Source of the DNA: Treponemataceae bacterium
GTDB lineage: Bacteria > Spirochaetota > Spirochaetia > Treponematales > Rectinemataceae
Length of the DNA stretch: 64,000 nt
Reading direction: 5' to 3'
NCBI GenBank assembly: GCA_963678065.2
Contig: CAXXVZ010000002.1
Span: 320,001-384,000, forward strand
Each line of letters opens with the position of its first letter. Positions within the stretch are counted from its first letter, which is position 1. Both the position numbers and the translations under genes were made by a program. Shown here in pieces: positions 50,573 to 59,250 of the stretch. The notes under the pieces were generated by a model that worked only from the letters and a program-made list of their open reading frames with translations, made no database searches and was not told the DNA's origin.

Positions 50573-50758
50573 CTATACTTTCTTTCTCGTCGAAATGCCA
50601 AAGGGCATATAGAGGGGACAGGTGCTCACGGCGGCCGTCGCCAGGGGCACGAGGCCGATCAGCCCAAGCCAGCTTTTGAACCCGATTCCGAGGGCGATTA
50701 TCGCCAGCCCCAGCACGATTCTGATGATCCTGTCCGTATTCCCGATATTCGGCTTCAT
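50573..50758 (-). CDS. DUF2892 (YgaP-like) small membrane protein
   Basis: NIG..DRIIR..G ... CPLY.PFGIST; GGAGG SD. Confidence 0.88.
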   Translation of the reverse strand: MKPNIGNTDRIIRIVLGLAIIALGIGFKSWLGLIGLVPLATAAVSTCPLYMPFGISTRKKV

Positions 50759-50987
50759 TGTGAACCTCCATTCTCCCGTTTCCCGGGTGAATATAAACAA
50801 TATACACCTGTACCAGGGGACATTAACCCTGATCACGCATGGAATACTTCCAATGGGAAATTATTTCCTGCCTCAAAGTCCAGACTGGATTGTCGCGGTG
50901 GCCGCGCGACATCGGGCACGAGGCTACCGCAGAAATTACCTACACCTAGGGCAAGACCCTCGCAGTCTGTCCTGCCCACGGCTCCCC

Positions 50988-51308
50988 CTAGAATGTAATG
51001 ACCCTGTCCGCCCACTCCACCATTTTTATGCAATCATTCATCGTCGATATCGGGCAGACATCGGTGGCCTCGCCCTTTCGCGCCTTGATGCAGGTTCCGC
51101 AGGCCAGAACGGTCCCGCCATTTTTCACGAATTCGTCTATTTGCTGTTTGGCGTTGAATTTTTCATGCGTGATGCTCTCTATTTCGACCCCGGCGCTCAT
51201 CAGGAATATCGTCACTTCATGTCCTTTCTTGAGAGAAGCATTTCCGAAACGAACTCCATTCCATGCTTTTTCGGGATCATTGGTCTCGATTATCAAACCA
51301 AATTTCAT
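50988..51308 (-). CDS. DsrE/DsrF-like family protein
   Basis: HEVTIFLM..GV, ACGTC..AR, ADRVITF; AGGAG SD. Confidence 0.88.
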   Translation of the reverse strand: MKFGLIIETNDPEKAWNGVRFGNASLKKGHEVTIFLMSAGVEIESITHEKFNAKQQIDEFVKNGGTVLACGTCIKARKGEATDVCPISTMNDCIKMVEWADRVITF

Positions 51309-51375
51309 AGCAGTGCTCCTTGTCGATCTCGTGAGCCGTCGTGGCGCACGAATAAAATTTTCACTATATAGTCAA

Positions 51376-51693
51376 CTACAGGATCCCGAGCCTTCGCTTG
51401 CGGTTCTGCAGCATTGCGGCCTCGGCGCAGGCCGCCATTTCCAGAACGCAGGGCGCGGCAAGCCTGTACTCGACGAGGGTGCCGCGCTTCTCGTCGTCGA
51501 TTAGACCGACATTTTTGAGGGCCGAAAGATGCTTGGAGGCTACGGATTTCTCTATCCCGACTTCGACAGCGAGTTCGCAGACACACCACGGCCGTTCTTT
51601 GAGTTTCTCAAGCATGAAGAGTCGCATAGGGTGGGCAAGGGCTTTAAACATTTCCGATTTAAGTGTGTATCTCAGAAGCTCTGTTTCATTCAT
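51376..51693 (-). CDS. ArsR/SmtB family regulator
   Basis: FKALAHP.RL, CVCEL, SKHLS.LK..GL; C-terminal PCV..C. Confidence 0.9.
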   Translation of the reverse strand: MNETELLRYTLKSEMFKALAHPMRLFMLEKLKERPWCVCELAVEVGIEKSVASKHLSALKNVGLIDDEKRGTLVEYRLAAPCVLEMAACAEAAMLQNRKRRLGIL

Positions 51694-51701
51694 AAAACAA
51701 G

Positions 51702-51771
51702 GTTGCAAAGTTTCGCAACAAAAGTCAATATTGCTGTTGACATTTAATGCAATGTTTCCTAATATTGCAAC
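51702..51771. promoter_or_regulatory. divergent promoter region with two GTT(G/T)C-N8-GCAAC operators
   Basis: Sites at 51702-51719 and 51754-51771; plus-strand TTGACA (51737-51742), 17 bp, TAATAT (51760-51765) inside site 2. Confidence 0.75.
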
Positions 51772-51788
51772 AATCAAGAGGAGAAAAG

Positions 51789-52271
51789 ATGGACTCGATC
51801 ATCTTTTATGTCGTCGCGGCGGTACTGCTGGTGATTTCGTTTATCAAAAACCGCAAAAAGACGGTCACTGCGCTCAAAAAAGCGTGGAAAGCCTTCGAGA
51901 ACATCCTGCCCCAGTTCCTTGTGGTGATGGTTCTTGTCGCTGTCGTCCTCGCGGTCTTCGACGCGAAGCTCATCTCGAAACTCATCGGAAGGGACTCGGG
52001 GGCTTTCGGAGTCATACTGGCCGCCCTCGTCGGTTCGATCACCCTGATACCCGGCTTTGTCGCCTTCCCCGCCGCCTCGGCACTTTTGCACAACGGTGCG
52101 GGCGTAGTCCAGATCGCGGCCTTCGTGTCGACCCTGATGATGGTCGGAATCGTCACCCTCCCCATGGAAATGAAGTACTTCGGCAGGCGCGCCGCCATCA
52201 TGCGCAACGCGCTGGCCTTTGTCCTGTCCTTCGGGATCGCGGCAGTCGTCGGAATGGTGGTGGCGGCATGA
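51789..52271 (+). CDS. half-size DUF318/ArsP-like permease
   Basis: GAGGAG SD; GSITLIPGFVAFP, TLPME..YFG..RN. Confidence 0.8.
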   Translation: MDSIIFYVVAAVLLVISFIKNRKKTVTALKKAWKAFENILPQFLVVMVLVAVVLAVFDAKLISKLIGRDSGAFGVILAALVGSITLIPGFVAFPAASALLHNGAGVVQIAAFVSTLMMVGIVTLPMEMKYFGRRAAIMRNALAFVLSFGIAAVVGMVVAA

Positions 52272-52876
52272 ACGAACCAGCGAAAGGAGCTGCGGACAAA
52301 CCCGCGAACAAGCCTGCCACTCAGCCGGGGAATAAACCGGCGAAAACGGCGCTTCAAAAATACCTTCCCGCCCTGCTTTCGGCGGCCGGCCTCGCCGTAT
52401 TCATGATTCTCGTCCCCTCGTACGCACACAAGACCGCGTCCAACCTCGCAAGCCAGCTCCTCACGACGATGCTGGTCATCCCGCCCATCTTCGTCATGCT
52501 GGGGCTGCTCGATGTGTGGGTGCCGAGGGAGAAGATGATCGCCTTCATGGGGCCGGGTTCCGGACTGAAAGGCGTGCTGCTCGCGTTCTTCCTCGGCTCG
52601 GCGGCCGCCGGCCCCCTGTACGGAGCGTTCCCCGTCGCCGCCGTCCTCATGAAGAAGGGCGCGAGCTTCAGCAACATCCTCATCTTCATCGGAGCGTGGT
52701 CGACGACGAAGGTCCCCATGTTCATGTTCGAGGTAGCCTCGCTCGGGTTCCGCTTCGCCCTGACCCGGCTTCTCGTCGACATTCCCGTCATCATTTTCAT
52801 CGCGCTCGCCATACAGAAAGCCATCCCGAAAGAAGAAGTCGACCGCCTGTACCGGGCGGCCGAAGCGATAGACTGA
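52268..52876 (+). CDS. half-size DUF318/ArsP-like permease
   Basis: LGLLDVWVP, GSAAAGPLYGAFP, GAWSTTKVP; ATGA overlap. Confidence 0.8.
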   Translation: MNEPAKGAADKPANKPATQPGNKPAKTALQKYLPALLSAAGLAVFMILVPSYAHKTASNLASQLLTTMLVIPPIFVMLGLLDVWVPREKMIAFMGPGSGLKGVLLAFFLGSAAAGPLYGAFPVAAVLMKKGASFSNILIFIGAWSTTKVPMFMFEVASLGFRFALTRLLVDIPVIIFIALAIQKAIPKEEVDRLYRAAEAID

Positions 52877-52902
52877 TCGCACATCACATTATGGAGGTTT
52901 GT

Positions 52903-53142
52903 ATGAAAATTCAGATTCTGGGTTCCGGTTGTCCGAAATGCAAATTGCTCGAGCAGCACGCCCGGGAGGCCGTCGCGGAGCTCGGACTCCCGATAGAGGT
53001 AGAGAAGGTTATGGAAGTCGAGAAGATCATGGCGATGGGCGTGATGATGACGCCCGCTCTCGCGATCGACGGGGTCGTGAAGAGTGTCGGCAGGGTCCTC
53101 ACAAAGATTCAGGTCATCGAGTATCTCAGGGGAGGCAAGTGA
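52903..53142 (+). CDS. small redox-active disulfide protein (MTH895-type thioredoxin)
   Basis: MKIQILGSGCPKC, GVMMTPALAIDG; GGAGG SD. Confidence 0.92.
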   Translation: MKIQILGSGCPKCKLLEQHAREAVAELGLPIEVEKVMEVEKIMAMGVMMTPALAIDGVVKSVGRVLTKIQVIEYLRGGK

Positions 53143-53143
53143 T

Positions 53144-53518
53144 ATGGGCTGTAGCTGTGGCGGTGATTGCGAGACAAATCTCATCTATGCCTGTTCGGGC
53201 GCAGCCAATACGGGACTTCTTGCCGACCAGGTGATGCGCTCCCTCAATCGCGACAAGGCAGGTTCCAGCACATGCCTCGCGGCGATGGGAGCCGACCTCT
53301 CTGGCTTTCTCCTGTCGGCGCGGAATGCGACACGGAACATCGTTCTCGACGGCTGCAAAGTCTCCTGCGGCGCGAAGATCTTCGAAAAGAACGGGATTCC
53401 TTTTCAGCATCATATCATGACCGATTACGGCGTGGAGAAGGGCAAGACGGCGATCACGGGAGACCTCATCGAGTCTGTCGCCGGGCAGGTCGCGGGGCTG
53501 ATCGCAGGAAGGACCTAG
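53144..53518 (+). CDS. DGC-domain putative zinc-binding protein
   Basis: YACSGAAN.G, CLA, LDGC..C. Confidence 0.88.
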   Translation: MGCSCGGDCETNLIYACSGAANTGLLADQVMRSLNRDKAGSSTCLAAMGADLSGFLLSARNATRNIVLDGCKVSCGAKIFEKNGIPFQHHIMTDYGVEKGKTAITGDLIESVAGQVAGLIAGRT

Positions 53519-53520
53519 CA

Positions 53521-54471
53521 ATGTGGCAAAAAATCGTCGATTGGTTCGTGTACGACACGATCAAACTGTCGCCTGAGTCGGCTCTGGGATCGGCGCTGGA
53601 TTTTTTCATCTACGACACGGTCAAGATTTTTTTCCTGCTCACGGTCATCATCTTCGCCATCGCCTTACTGAGAAGTTTTTTCCCTCCTGAAAAGACGAAG
53701 CGCGTCCTCGAGAAAGTCCCCGAGTTCATGGGAAACATCCTCGCGGCTCTTCTCGGCATCGTGACGCCCTTCTGCTCCTGCTCCGCGGTGCCCCTCTTTA
53801 TCGGCTTCATCGAGGCTGGCATTCCCCTGGGCGTCACCTTCTCCTTCCTCGTCTCCTCTCCCATGGTGAACGAGGTGGCCCTCATCATGCTCTGGGGGCT
53901 CTTCGGCTGGAAGATCGCACTCCTCTACATTGCGAGCGGCATAGTCGTGGCCATCGCGAGCGGCGCCATTATCGGAAGACTCAAGCTCGAGAAATGGGTC
54001 GAGGAGTACGTCTACAGGATCCACTCGGGCGCGGGCGTGATCGAAACGCTGGGCTGGAAGGATCGCTTCCAGTACGCCTTCGGCTATGTCGGCGAGATCG
54101 TCGGGAAGGTCTGGCCCTATGTCCTCGTCGGCATCGCGATAGGCGGATTCATGCACGGCTACGCCCCCGCCGATCTCCTCGCGAAATACGCCGGGCCGGG
54201 CGTTTGGTACGCCGTTCCGCTTGCAGTCCTCATCGGCGTGCCACTCTACTCGAACGCGGCCGGCGTCATCCCCATCGTCAAGGTGCTCATGGAGAAAGGT
54301 ATGGCCATGGGAACGGCGCTCGCCTTCATGATGGCCGTGACCGCCCTCTCCCTGCCCGAAGCCATCATCCTGCGCAAGGTGCTGAAACCAAAGCTCCTCG
54401 CCATCTATTTCGGCGTCGTCGCCTTCGGGATCATGCTCACCGGATACCTCTTCAACGCGATCATTCAGTAG
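53521..54471 (+). CDS. DUF318/ArsP family permease
   Basis: TPFCSCS.VP, SSPMVNE, GVPLYSNA, ALSLPE. Confidence 0.92.
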   Translation: MWQKIVDWFVYDTIKLSPESALGSALDFFIYDTVKIFFLLTVIIFAIALLRSFFPPEKTKRVLEKVPEFMGNILAALLGIVTPFCSCSAVPLFIGFIEAGIPLGVTFSFLVSSPMVNEVALIMLWGLFGWKIALLYIASGIVVAIASGAIIGRLKLEKWVEEYVYRIHSGAGVIETLGWKDRFQYAFGYVGEIVGKVWPYVLVGIAIGGFMHGYAPADLLAKYAGPGVWYAVPLAVLIGVPLYSNAAGVIPIVKVLMEKGMAMGTALAFMMAVTALSLPEAIILRKVLKPKLLAIYFGVVAFGIMLTGYLFNAIIQ

Positions 54472-54480
54472 GAGTGCTCC

Positions 54481-54927
54481 ATGACCAGTTTCGAAATGCG
54501 CAGGCGAACCCCTCGGGTTACCGGCATCGCACTGGCAGCGGTTCTTGTCGCATTCGCAAGTTTGGCAGGCCTGTTGTTTGCCGATTCCAATACCACACCG
54601 ACGACGGTTGCAGCTGGGACCACGTCGACCAAACCTTCTGTCCCCAAAGTAACCTTCATCGAGCTTGGCTCGGTGAACTGCGTGCCCTGCAAGGCCATGC
54701 AGCCAGTGATGGAAGAGGTACGCAAAAAGTATGGCGACCAGGTCAATGTCGTTTTCCATGATGTCTGGACGCGTGCCGGAGAACTCTATGGCCGAAGTTT
54801 CAAGATAAAGGTCATCCCGACCCAGGTATTCCTCGATGCCAAAGGGAAAGAGTACTTCAGGCACGAAGGGTTTTTCCCAGCCGAAGAACTCTACAAGGTG
54901 CTCAAAATCGGCGGTGTGAAGCTGTGA
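54481..54927 (+). CDS. exported thioredoxin-family protein
   Basis: Hydrophobic leader; CVPC; IPTQVF.D..GKE..RHEGF. Confidence 0.9.
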   Translation: MTSFEMRRRTPRVTGIALAAVLVAFASLAGLLFADSNTTPTTVAAGTTSTKPSVPKVTFIELGSVNCVPCKAMQPVMEEVRKKYGDQVNVVFHDVWTRAGELYGRSFKIKVIPTQVFLDAKGKEYFRHEGFFPAEELYKVLKIGGVKL

Positions 54928-55622
54928 TCAACTCGATCGTGGTAGCCATCTCGATTGTCCTCTCCAGACCGGGTGTGGCAGCTTTCGGGGCTGCCACGGT
55001 TTGGGGACTCATGAGCGTTCTCTTAAGTCCTTGTCACCTGGGATCGATTCCCCTCATCATTGGTTACATCAACAATGGCGAAAAGCCTTCGCGCCGGCGA
55101 GCTTTCCTGTTGTCCCTGCTCTTCGCCTCGGGGCTTCTCGTCACCCTCTTCATTCTTGGTCTCGCGGCAGGTCTGGCAGGGAACCTTTTCGGGCGCATCG
55201 GTACGGTGCCTCGGATCACGGTCGCGGTTTTTCTGATTCTCTGCGGGCTCTGGCTCATGGATGTCCCGCCCCTCTCCAGAATCAGTTTTTCGATGAAATC
55301 GAAGCCGACAAACCGGGGAGCCATCGGCGCCCTGACGCTCGGGCTTGTCTACGGAGTCATTCTCGGCCCCTGTTCCTTTGCCTTCCTCGCACCCATCCTC
55401 GGGATCGTTTTTCAGGCGGGCGGCGCAGGGCTCTGGTTCGGGATAGGGCTCATGGCTTTCTTTGCCCTGGGGCACTGTCTAGCAATCGTTGCGGCAGGGA
55501 CCTTCGGCGATGCGGTCAGAGGATTCCTTGCCCGTCGGGGTTCGGGTCTCGCGGCAATCTGGTTCAAGCGCATATGCGGCGCCGGCGTGGTCGTAGCAGG
55601 TGTGTTGCAGTTGTTCCCATGA
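54924..55622 (+). CDS. ccdA: CcdA/DsbD-type transmembrane disulfide-exchange protein
   Basis: LLSPCHL and LGPCSF catalytic PC motifs; six TMs. Confidence 0.88.
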   Translation: MINSIVVAISIVLSRPGVAAFGAATVWGLMSVLLSPCHLGSIPLIIGYINNGEKPSRRRAFLLSLLFASGLLVTLFILGLAAGLAGNLFGRIGTVPRITVAVFLILCGLWLMDVPPLSRISFSMKSKPTNRGAIGALTLGLVYGVILGPCSFAFLAPILGIVFQAGGAGLWFGIGLMAFFALGHCLAIVAAGTFGDAVRGFLARRGSGLAAIWFKRICGAGVVVAGVLQLFP

Positions 55623-55643
55623 TTTTTTCCAAGGAGAAAAACG

Positions 55644-55856
55644 ATGAAACCAGTGCTTTTCAAAGAACGATGCGCTGCACAACCGGAAATTTGTCCATCC
55701 ATGAAAGTCTGCGCGCCGGGTGCGCTCGCCTATGTCGAAGATGAAGATGAACCGCTGGGCGGCCGCATGGAGATCGATTATTCGCTGTGCACGGAATGCG
55801 GTCTGTGCATCGATGCCTGCTGCGGGAAAGCGTTCAACATCGACCAGGTTTCCTGA
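55644..55856 (+). CDS. 4Fe-4S ferredoxin-like protein
   Basis: CTECGLCIDAC motif plus three N-terminal Cys; AAGGAG SD. Confidence 0.85.
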   Translation: MKPVLFKERCAAQPEICPSMKVCAPGALAYVEDEDEPLGGRMEIDYSLCTECGLCIDACCGKAFNIDQVS

Positions 55857-55875
55857 CCCCCAAAAGAAGGTCACA

Positions 55876-56865
55876 ATGGCACATGATCACGATCACTCGG
55901 ACGGGGCGCTGTTTCCGGAGGAGGACACGAAGGGAGGAAAGTTCGTCCTTTCCATCCTCATCACCAGTCTTACCTTGTTTGCGGAAGTAGGTGGAGGGAT
56001 TCTAACTGGAAGCCTCGCCCTCCTCTCCGACGCCGCTCATGTTTTTCTGGACATTCTCGCCCTCCTCCTAAGCTATGGCGCCGTCCGCATGGCACTACGG
56101 GCTCCGAGTGAAAAGCACAGCTATGGCTTCCATCGCATGAAGGTCATCGCGGCTTTCATCAACGGATCCATGCTCCTCGTCGTCTCCTTTGAAATATTCC
56201 GCGAGGCTGTTGTCAGGTTCCTTCATCCGGAGCCGGTTGTCGCGGGGCCTATGCTCATCGTGGCTGTCATCGGCCTTGTCGCCAACCTCATCGTCGCCCT
56301 CGTTTTGGGGCATCATGATCACGACGACCTGAATACCAGGGCGGCCTTTCTGCATGTGCTCGGCGACGCGCTCTCCTCTGTCGGCGTCATCGGTGCGGGC
56401 ATCGTTATCCTGATCACGGGGTGGACCTGGGTCGATCCGGCGGTGAGCCTGTTGATCGGCGTCGTGATCCTATCGGGCTCATGGCGCGTTCTGAAAGAGG
56501 CGATCCACATCCTGAACGAAGGCGCTCCGGATGATGCCGGGACCCCGGAGGTTACGGCAGCGATGGAAGCAGTTCCGGGAGTGCAGGGCGTACATGATGT
56601 GCATGTCTGGACTGTCGGGCCTGGCTACAGAGTGTTGAGTGCCCATGCCCTTCTGGAAAATCAGATGCTCAGCGAAACCGGTTCCATCATGGATGGACTG
56701 AAAGAGATTCTGGCGTATCGTTTCACTATCCACCATACGACCATCCAGTTCGAGTGCTCGGATTGCGGGCAGTGCGGATCGGGGCATGATGCCTGCGACG
56801 GGCATGACGATCACGATCACAGACAGGAAACCACGCCTGCTCATACGGGAGGCACGGCACAATGA
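55876..56865 (+). CDS. cation diffusion facilitator (CzcD/ZitB-like)
   Basis: SLALLSDAAH..D, AAFLHVLGD, HDVHVW, HTTIQ; His-rich termini. Confidence 0.93.
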   Translation: MAHDHDHSDGALFPEEDTKGGKFVLSILITSLTLFAEVGGGILTGSLALLSDAAHVFLDILALLLSYGAVRMALRAPSEKHSYGFHRMKVIAAFINGSMLLVVSFEIFREAVVRFLHPEPVVAGPMLIVAVIGLVANLIVALVLGHHDHDDLNTRAAFLHVLGDALSSVGVIGAGIVILITGWTWVDPAVSLLIGVVILSGSWRVLKEAIHILNEGAPDDAGTPEVTAAMEAVPGVQGVHDVHVWTVGPGYRVLSAHALLENQMLSETGSIMDGLKEILAYRFTIHHTTIQFECSDCGQCGSGHDACDGHDDHDHRQETTPAHTGGTAQ

Positions 56866-57104
56866 TCAGCGGGATGATTCTCTTAAAGGGGCTTCTTGCA
56901 GCCATCATAGTCGGTTTTGTGACTGCTTCGATCAAGTCCTGGATGGACAGAGTATTTCTCGTCATCATGCTGACGGGAATCGTGGGCCTGCCGATACGCG
57001 ACGCCATACTGGTCAATCTCGTTGTCGTCGGGCTTGCGGCGCTCATGATGGTCATTCGTCAGCGGAAAATGCTGAAGGCCTCTGAGACAAATATTATTTT
57101 ATAG
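56862..57104 (+). pseudogene. 3'-truncated membrane protein, probably sulfite exporter TauE/SafE family
   Basis: ATGA overlap with the CDF gene; three TM-like segments, then runs abruptly into very AT-rich DNA at about 57085. Confidence 0.5.
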
Positions 57105-57206
57105 AATAATACTTATATATAAATTATATATAACACAATAGACACACATGTGTTTATGTTTTATCGGATTATTCGGCAGTATGTGCGGACTGTGCTGGTG
57201 TGAATG

Positions 57207-57259
57207 AAAATAAAAGCGGTCGAAGGCACTCCATAAGTGCCACCAACCGCCTTTTTATT
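57207..57259. terminator. bidirectional-type terminator downstream of ggt
   Basis: AATAAAAGCGGT..GGCACT/CCATA/AGTGCC..ACCGCCTTTTTATT. Confidence 0.7.
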
Positions 57260-57270
57260 AGGACATGGAA

Positions 57271-58959
57271 TCAGAATGCAGCTACTATCCCGTCGCGGCG
57301 AGGATCGGCGCCGCCGTACAAGAGGCCCGCATCGTAATCATACAGAACTGCATGTACGCCGCCGAAGTAGACATCCCAGTCGTTGCGGACAGTCACCGTG
57401 TGGCCCATCTTTTTGAGTGTCTCGTAGGAGTTTATGGAGAACCGGCCTTCCATGTTGAGGGAACCAGAGGCCATCTGGAAGAGACGCGGAGCAAAAATTG
57501 CCTGCTGGATCGGCATCTTGAAGTCGATGACGTTGGAAATAATCTGGGCGACCGTTGTAAATATTCGCGTCGCGCCCGGAGAGCCGACAGCCAGAAATGA
57601 CCTACCTTGGGGATCCAGAACCAGTGTCGGGCTCATGCTGGACAAGGGGCGTTTGCCGGCCTGCACCGAGTTGACCAAACCGGGTGTCGGCACGAAGTCG
57701 TCCATATGGTCGTTCATGATGATGCCTGTACCGGGAACCACTACACCGGAGCCGAAGGAGTAGTTGATCGACTTAGTAACAGCGACCATATTGCCCGCTT
57801 TGTCCATGACAGAAAAATGGGTGGTCGAACCTGATTCATATTTGCTGGGGTCTCCGGCGGTAGCACTCGGCATGGGCTTGTTCTGGTCGATTTTGGCTGC
57901 GAGCTCACTGGCATACGCCTTGGAGGTGAGTCCGGCGAGGGGAACCTTCACGAAGTCGGTGTCAGCCATGTACTTGGCGCGGTCCGCGAAGGTCATCTTC
58001 ATCGTCTCAGCCCAAAGATGGGCTGTGGCCGCGGTGCCTTCGCCGGACTTCTGGAGGTCGAAGTTTTCCATGATGTTGAGCATCTGGATAAGATGGGTGC
58101 CGCCCGAGGAGGCTGGGGGTACGGAGAGGATGGTGTAGCCGCGGTAGGTCCCCTTCACCGGTTCACGAATTTTCACCTGATAGTTGGCCAGATCGTCCAG
58201 CGTCAGTATGCCGCCGCGCTTCTGGACTTCGGAAACGATTGCCTTCGCGATATCGCCTTTATAAAACGCATCTTCGCCGCCCACGCCGATCAGCGCAAGC
58301 GTCTTGGCAAGGTCAAGGTTTGTGAAAGTGGCGCCAATTTCGTAAGGAAGCCCGTCGTCCAGGTAGATCGCCGCGCCATTCTCGTACTTCACCAGCTTGT
58401 CGAAATTATCCTTTATGAGCCCACCCAGGTTCGCCGTGACCGGGATGCCCGTCATTGCGCACTCGATTGCCGGTGCAACAATCTGCATACGGGAAAGTTT
58501 GCCTGAACCATACGTGTTAAAGGCATACAGCAGCCCCTTCACCTCTCCAGGCACGCCGATGGAGAGTCCGCCTTCGTAAGTAGACTTCGGGATAACCTTG
58601 CCGTCAGCGCCGAGATACATGGTGTCGTTGGCAGCCGCAGGAGCCGTCTCGCGGAAGTCGACCACTATGGCCTCTTTCATGTTCGCCATTTTGATAGTCA
58701 TGAATCCACCACCACCGACACCGGAAGAGTTGGGTTCCAGGACGCCGAGGGCAAAGGCTGTGGCGACAGCAGCGTCCACCGCATTCCCTCCTTTTTTCAG
58801 GATATCGACGCCGATCTGTGAAGCCTCAGGCTTTGCCGCGGAGACGACGCCATTGACGCCTTGGGCCGAACGGCCATAGATGTTGAGCGGAGCTTGTGCA
58901 GCAACCAGACTGATCGCTGCTACGAACAATACGACGACAGCAAAAATCTTTTTCATCAT
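57271..58959 (-). CDS. ggt: gamma-glutamyltransferase (exported)
   Basis: Signal peptide; GGNAVDAA, DFRETAP, PPASSGG, autocleavage TTHFSV, RPLSSMSP, ADPRRDG. Confidence 0.96.
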   Translation of the reverse strand: MMKKIFAVVVLFVAAISLVAAQAPLNIYGRSAQGVNGVVSAAKPEASQIGVDILKKGGNAVDAAVATAFALGVLEPNSSGVGGGGFMTIKMANMKEAIVVDFRETAPAAANDTMYLGADGKVIPKSTYEGGLSIGVPGEVKGLLYAFNTYGSGKLSRMQIVAPAIECAMTGIPVTANLGGLIKDNFDKLVKYENGAAIYLDDGLPYEIGATFTNLDLAKTLALIGVGGEDAFYKGDIAKAIVSEVQKRGGILTLDDLANYQVKIREPVKGTYRGYTILSVPPASSGGTHLIQMLNIMENFDLQKSGEGTAATAHLWAETMKMTFADRAKYMADTDFVKVPLAGLTSKAYASELAAKIDQNKPMPSATAGDPSKYESGSTTHFSVMDKAGNMVAVTKSINYSFGSGVVVPGTGIIMNDHMDDFVPTPGLVNSVQAGKRPLSSMSPTLVLDPQGRSFLAVGSPGATRIFTTVAQIISNVIDFKMPIQQAIFAPRLFQMASGSLNMEGRFSINSYETLKKMGHTVTVRNDWDVYFGGVHAVLYDYDAGLLYGGADPRRDGIVAAF

Positions 58960-59050
58960 GAATCCTCCAGATAATTAAAAATGTTATACTAAAAGATAAA
59001 AATCAGGATCTATTATATGGTTTATGTCACATGAAGTAAGAAGATTGAGG

Positions 59051-59233
59051 CTATCCGCTCCCTTCCCTTTCCGGCCTTTTGCCGCAGCACGACTGTTTTT
59101 CCCTCAGTTGATCTGAGCCAGTGGCCGACTGCTGCTCTTCTTCATGTACTTCTTCGATTTTGATGGTACAGCACCCTGAGTTTTTAACCTTGAAGATTTT
59201 CGAGAAAATCCCCTTTTTAGTTTCATTGGTCAT
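59051..59233 (-). CDS. small protein with two Cys-Cys pairs
   Basis: AAGGAGGT SD; SGCC and SCCG; last gene of the padR-permease unit. Confidence 0.7.
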   Translation of the reverse strand: MTNETKKGIFSKIFKVKNSGCCTIKIEEVHEEEQQSATGSDQLREKQSCCGKRPEREGSG

Positions 59234-59250
59234 CTTTATATACCTCCTTC

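Noticed and set aside
51398..52876. 492-aa fused permease ORF
   Set aside because: Real start is ATG 52268; the upstream part overlaps arsR and the first half-permease
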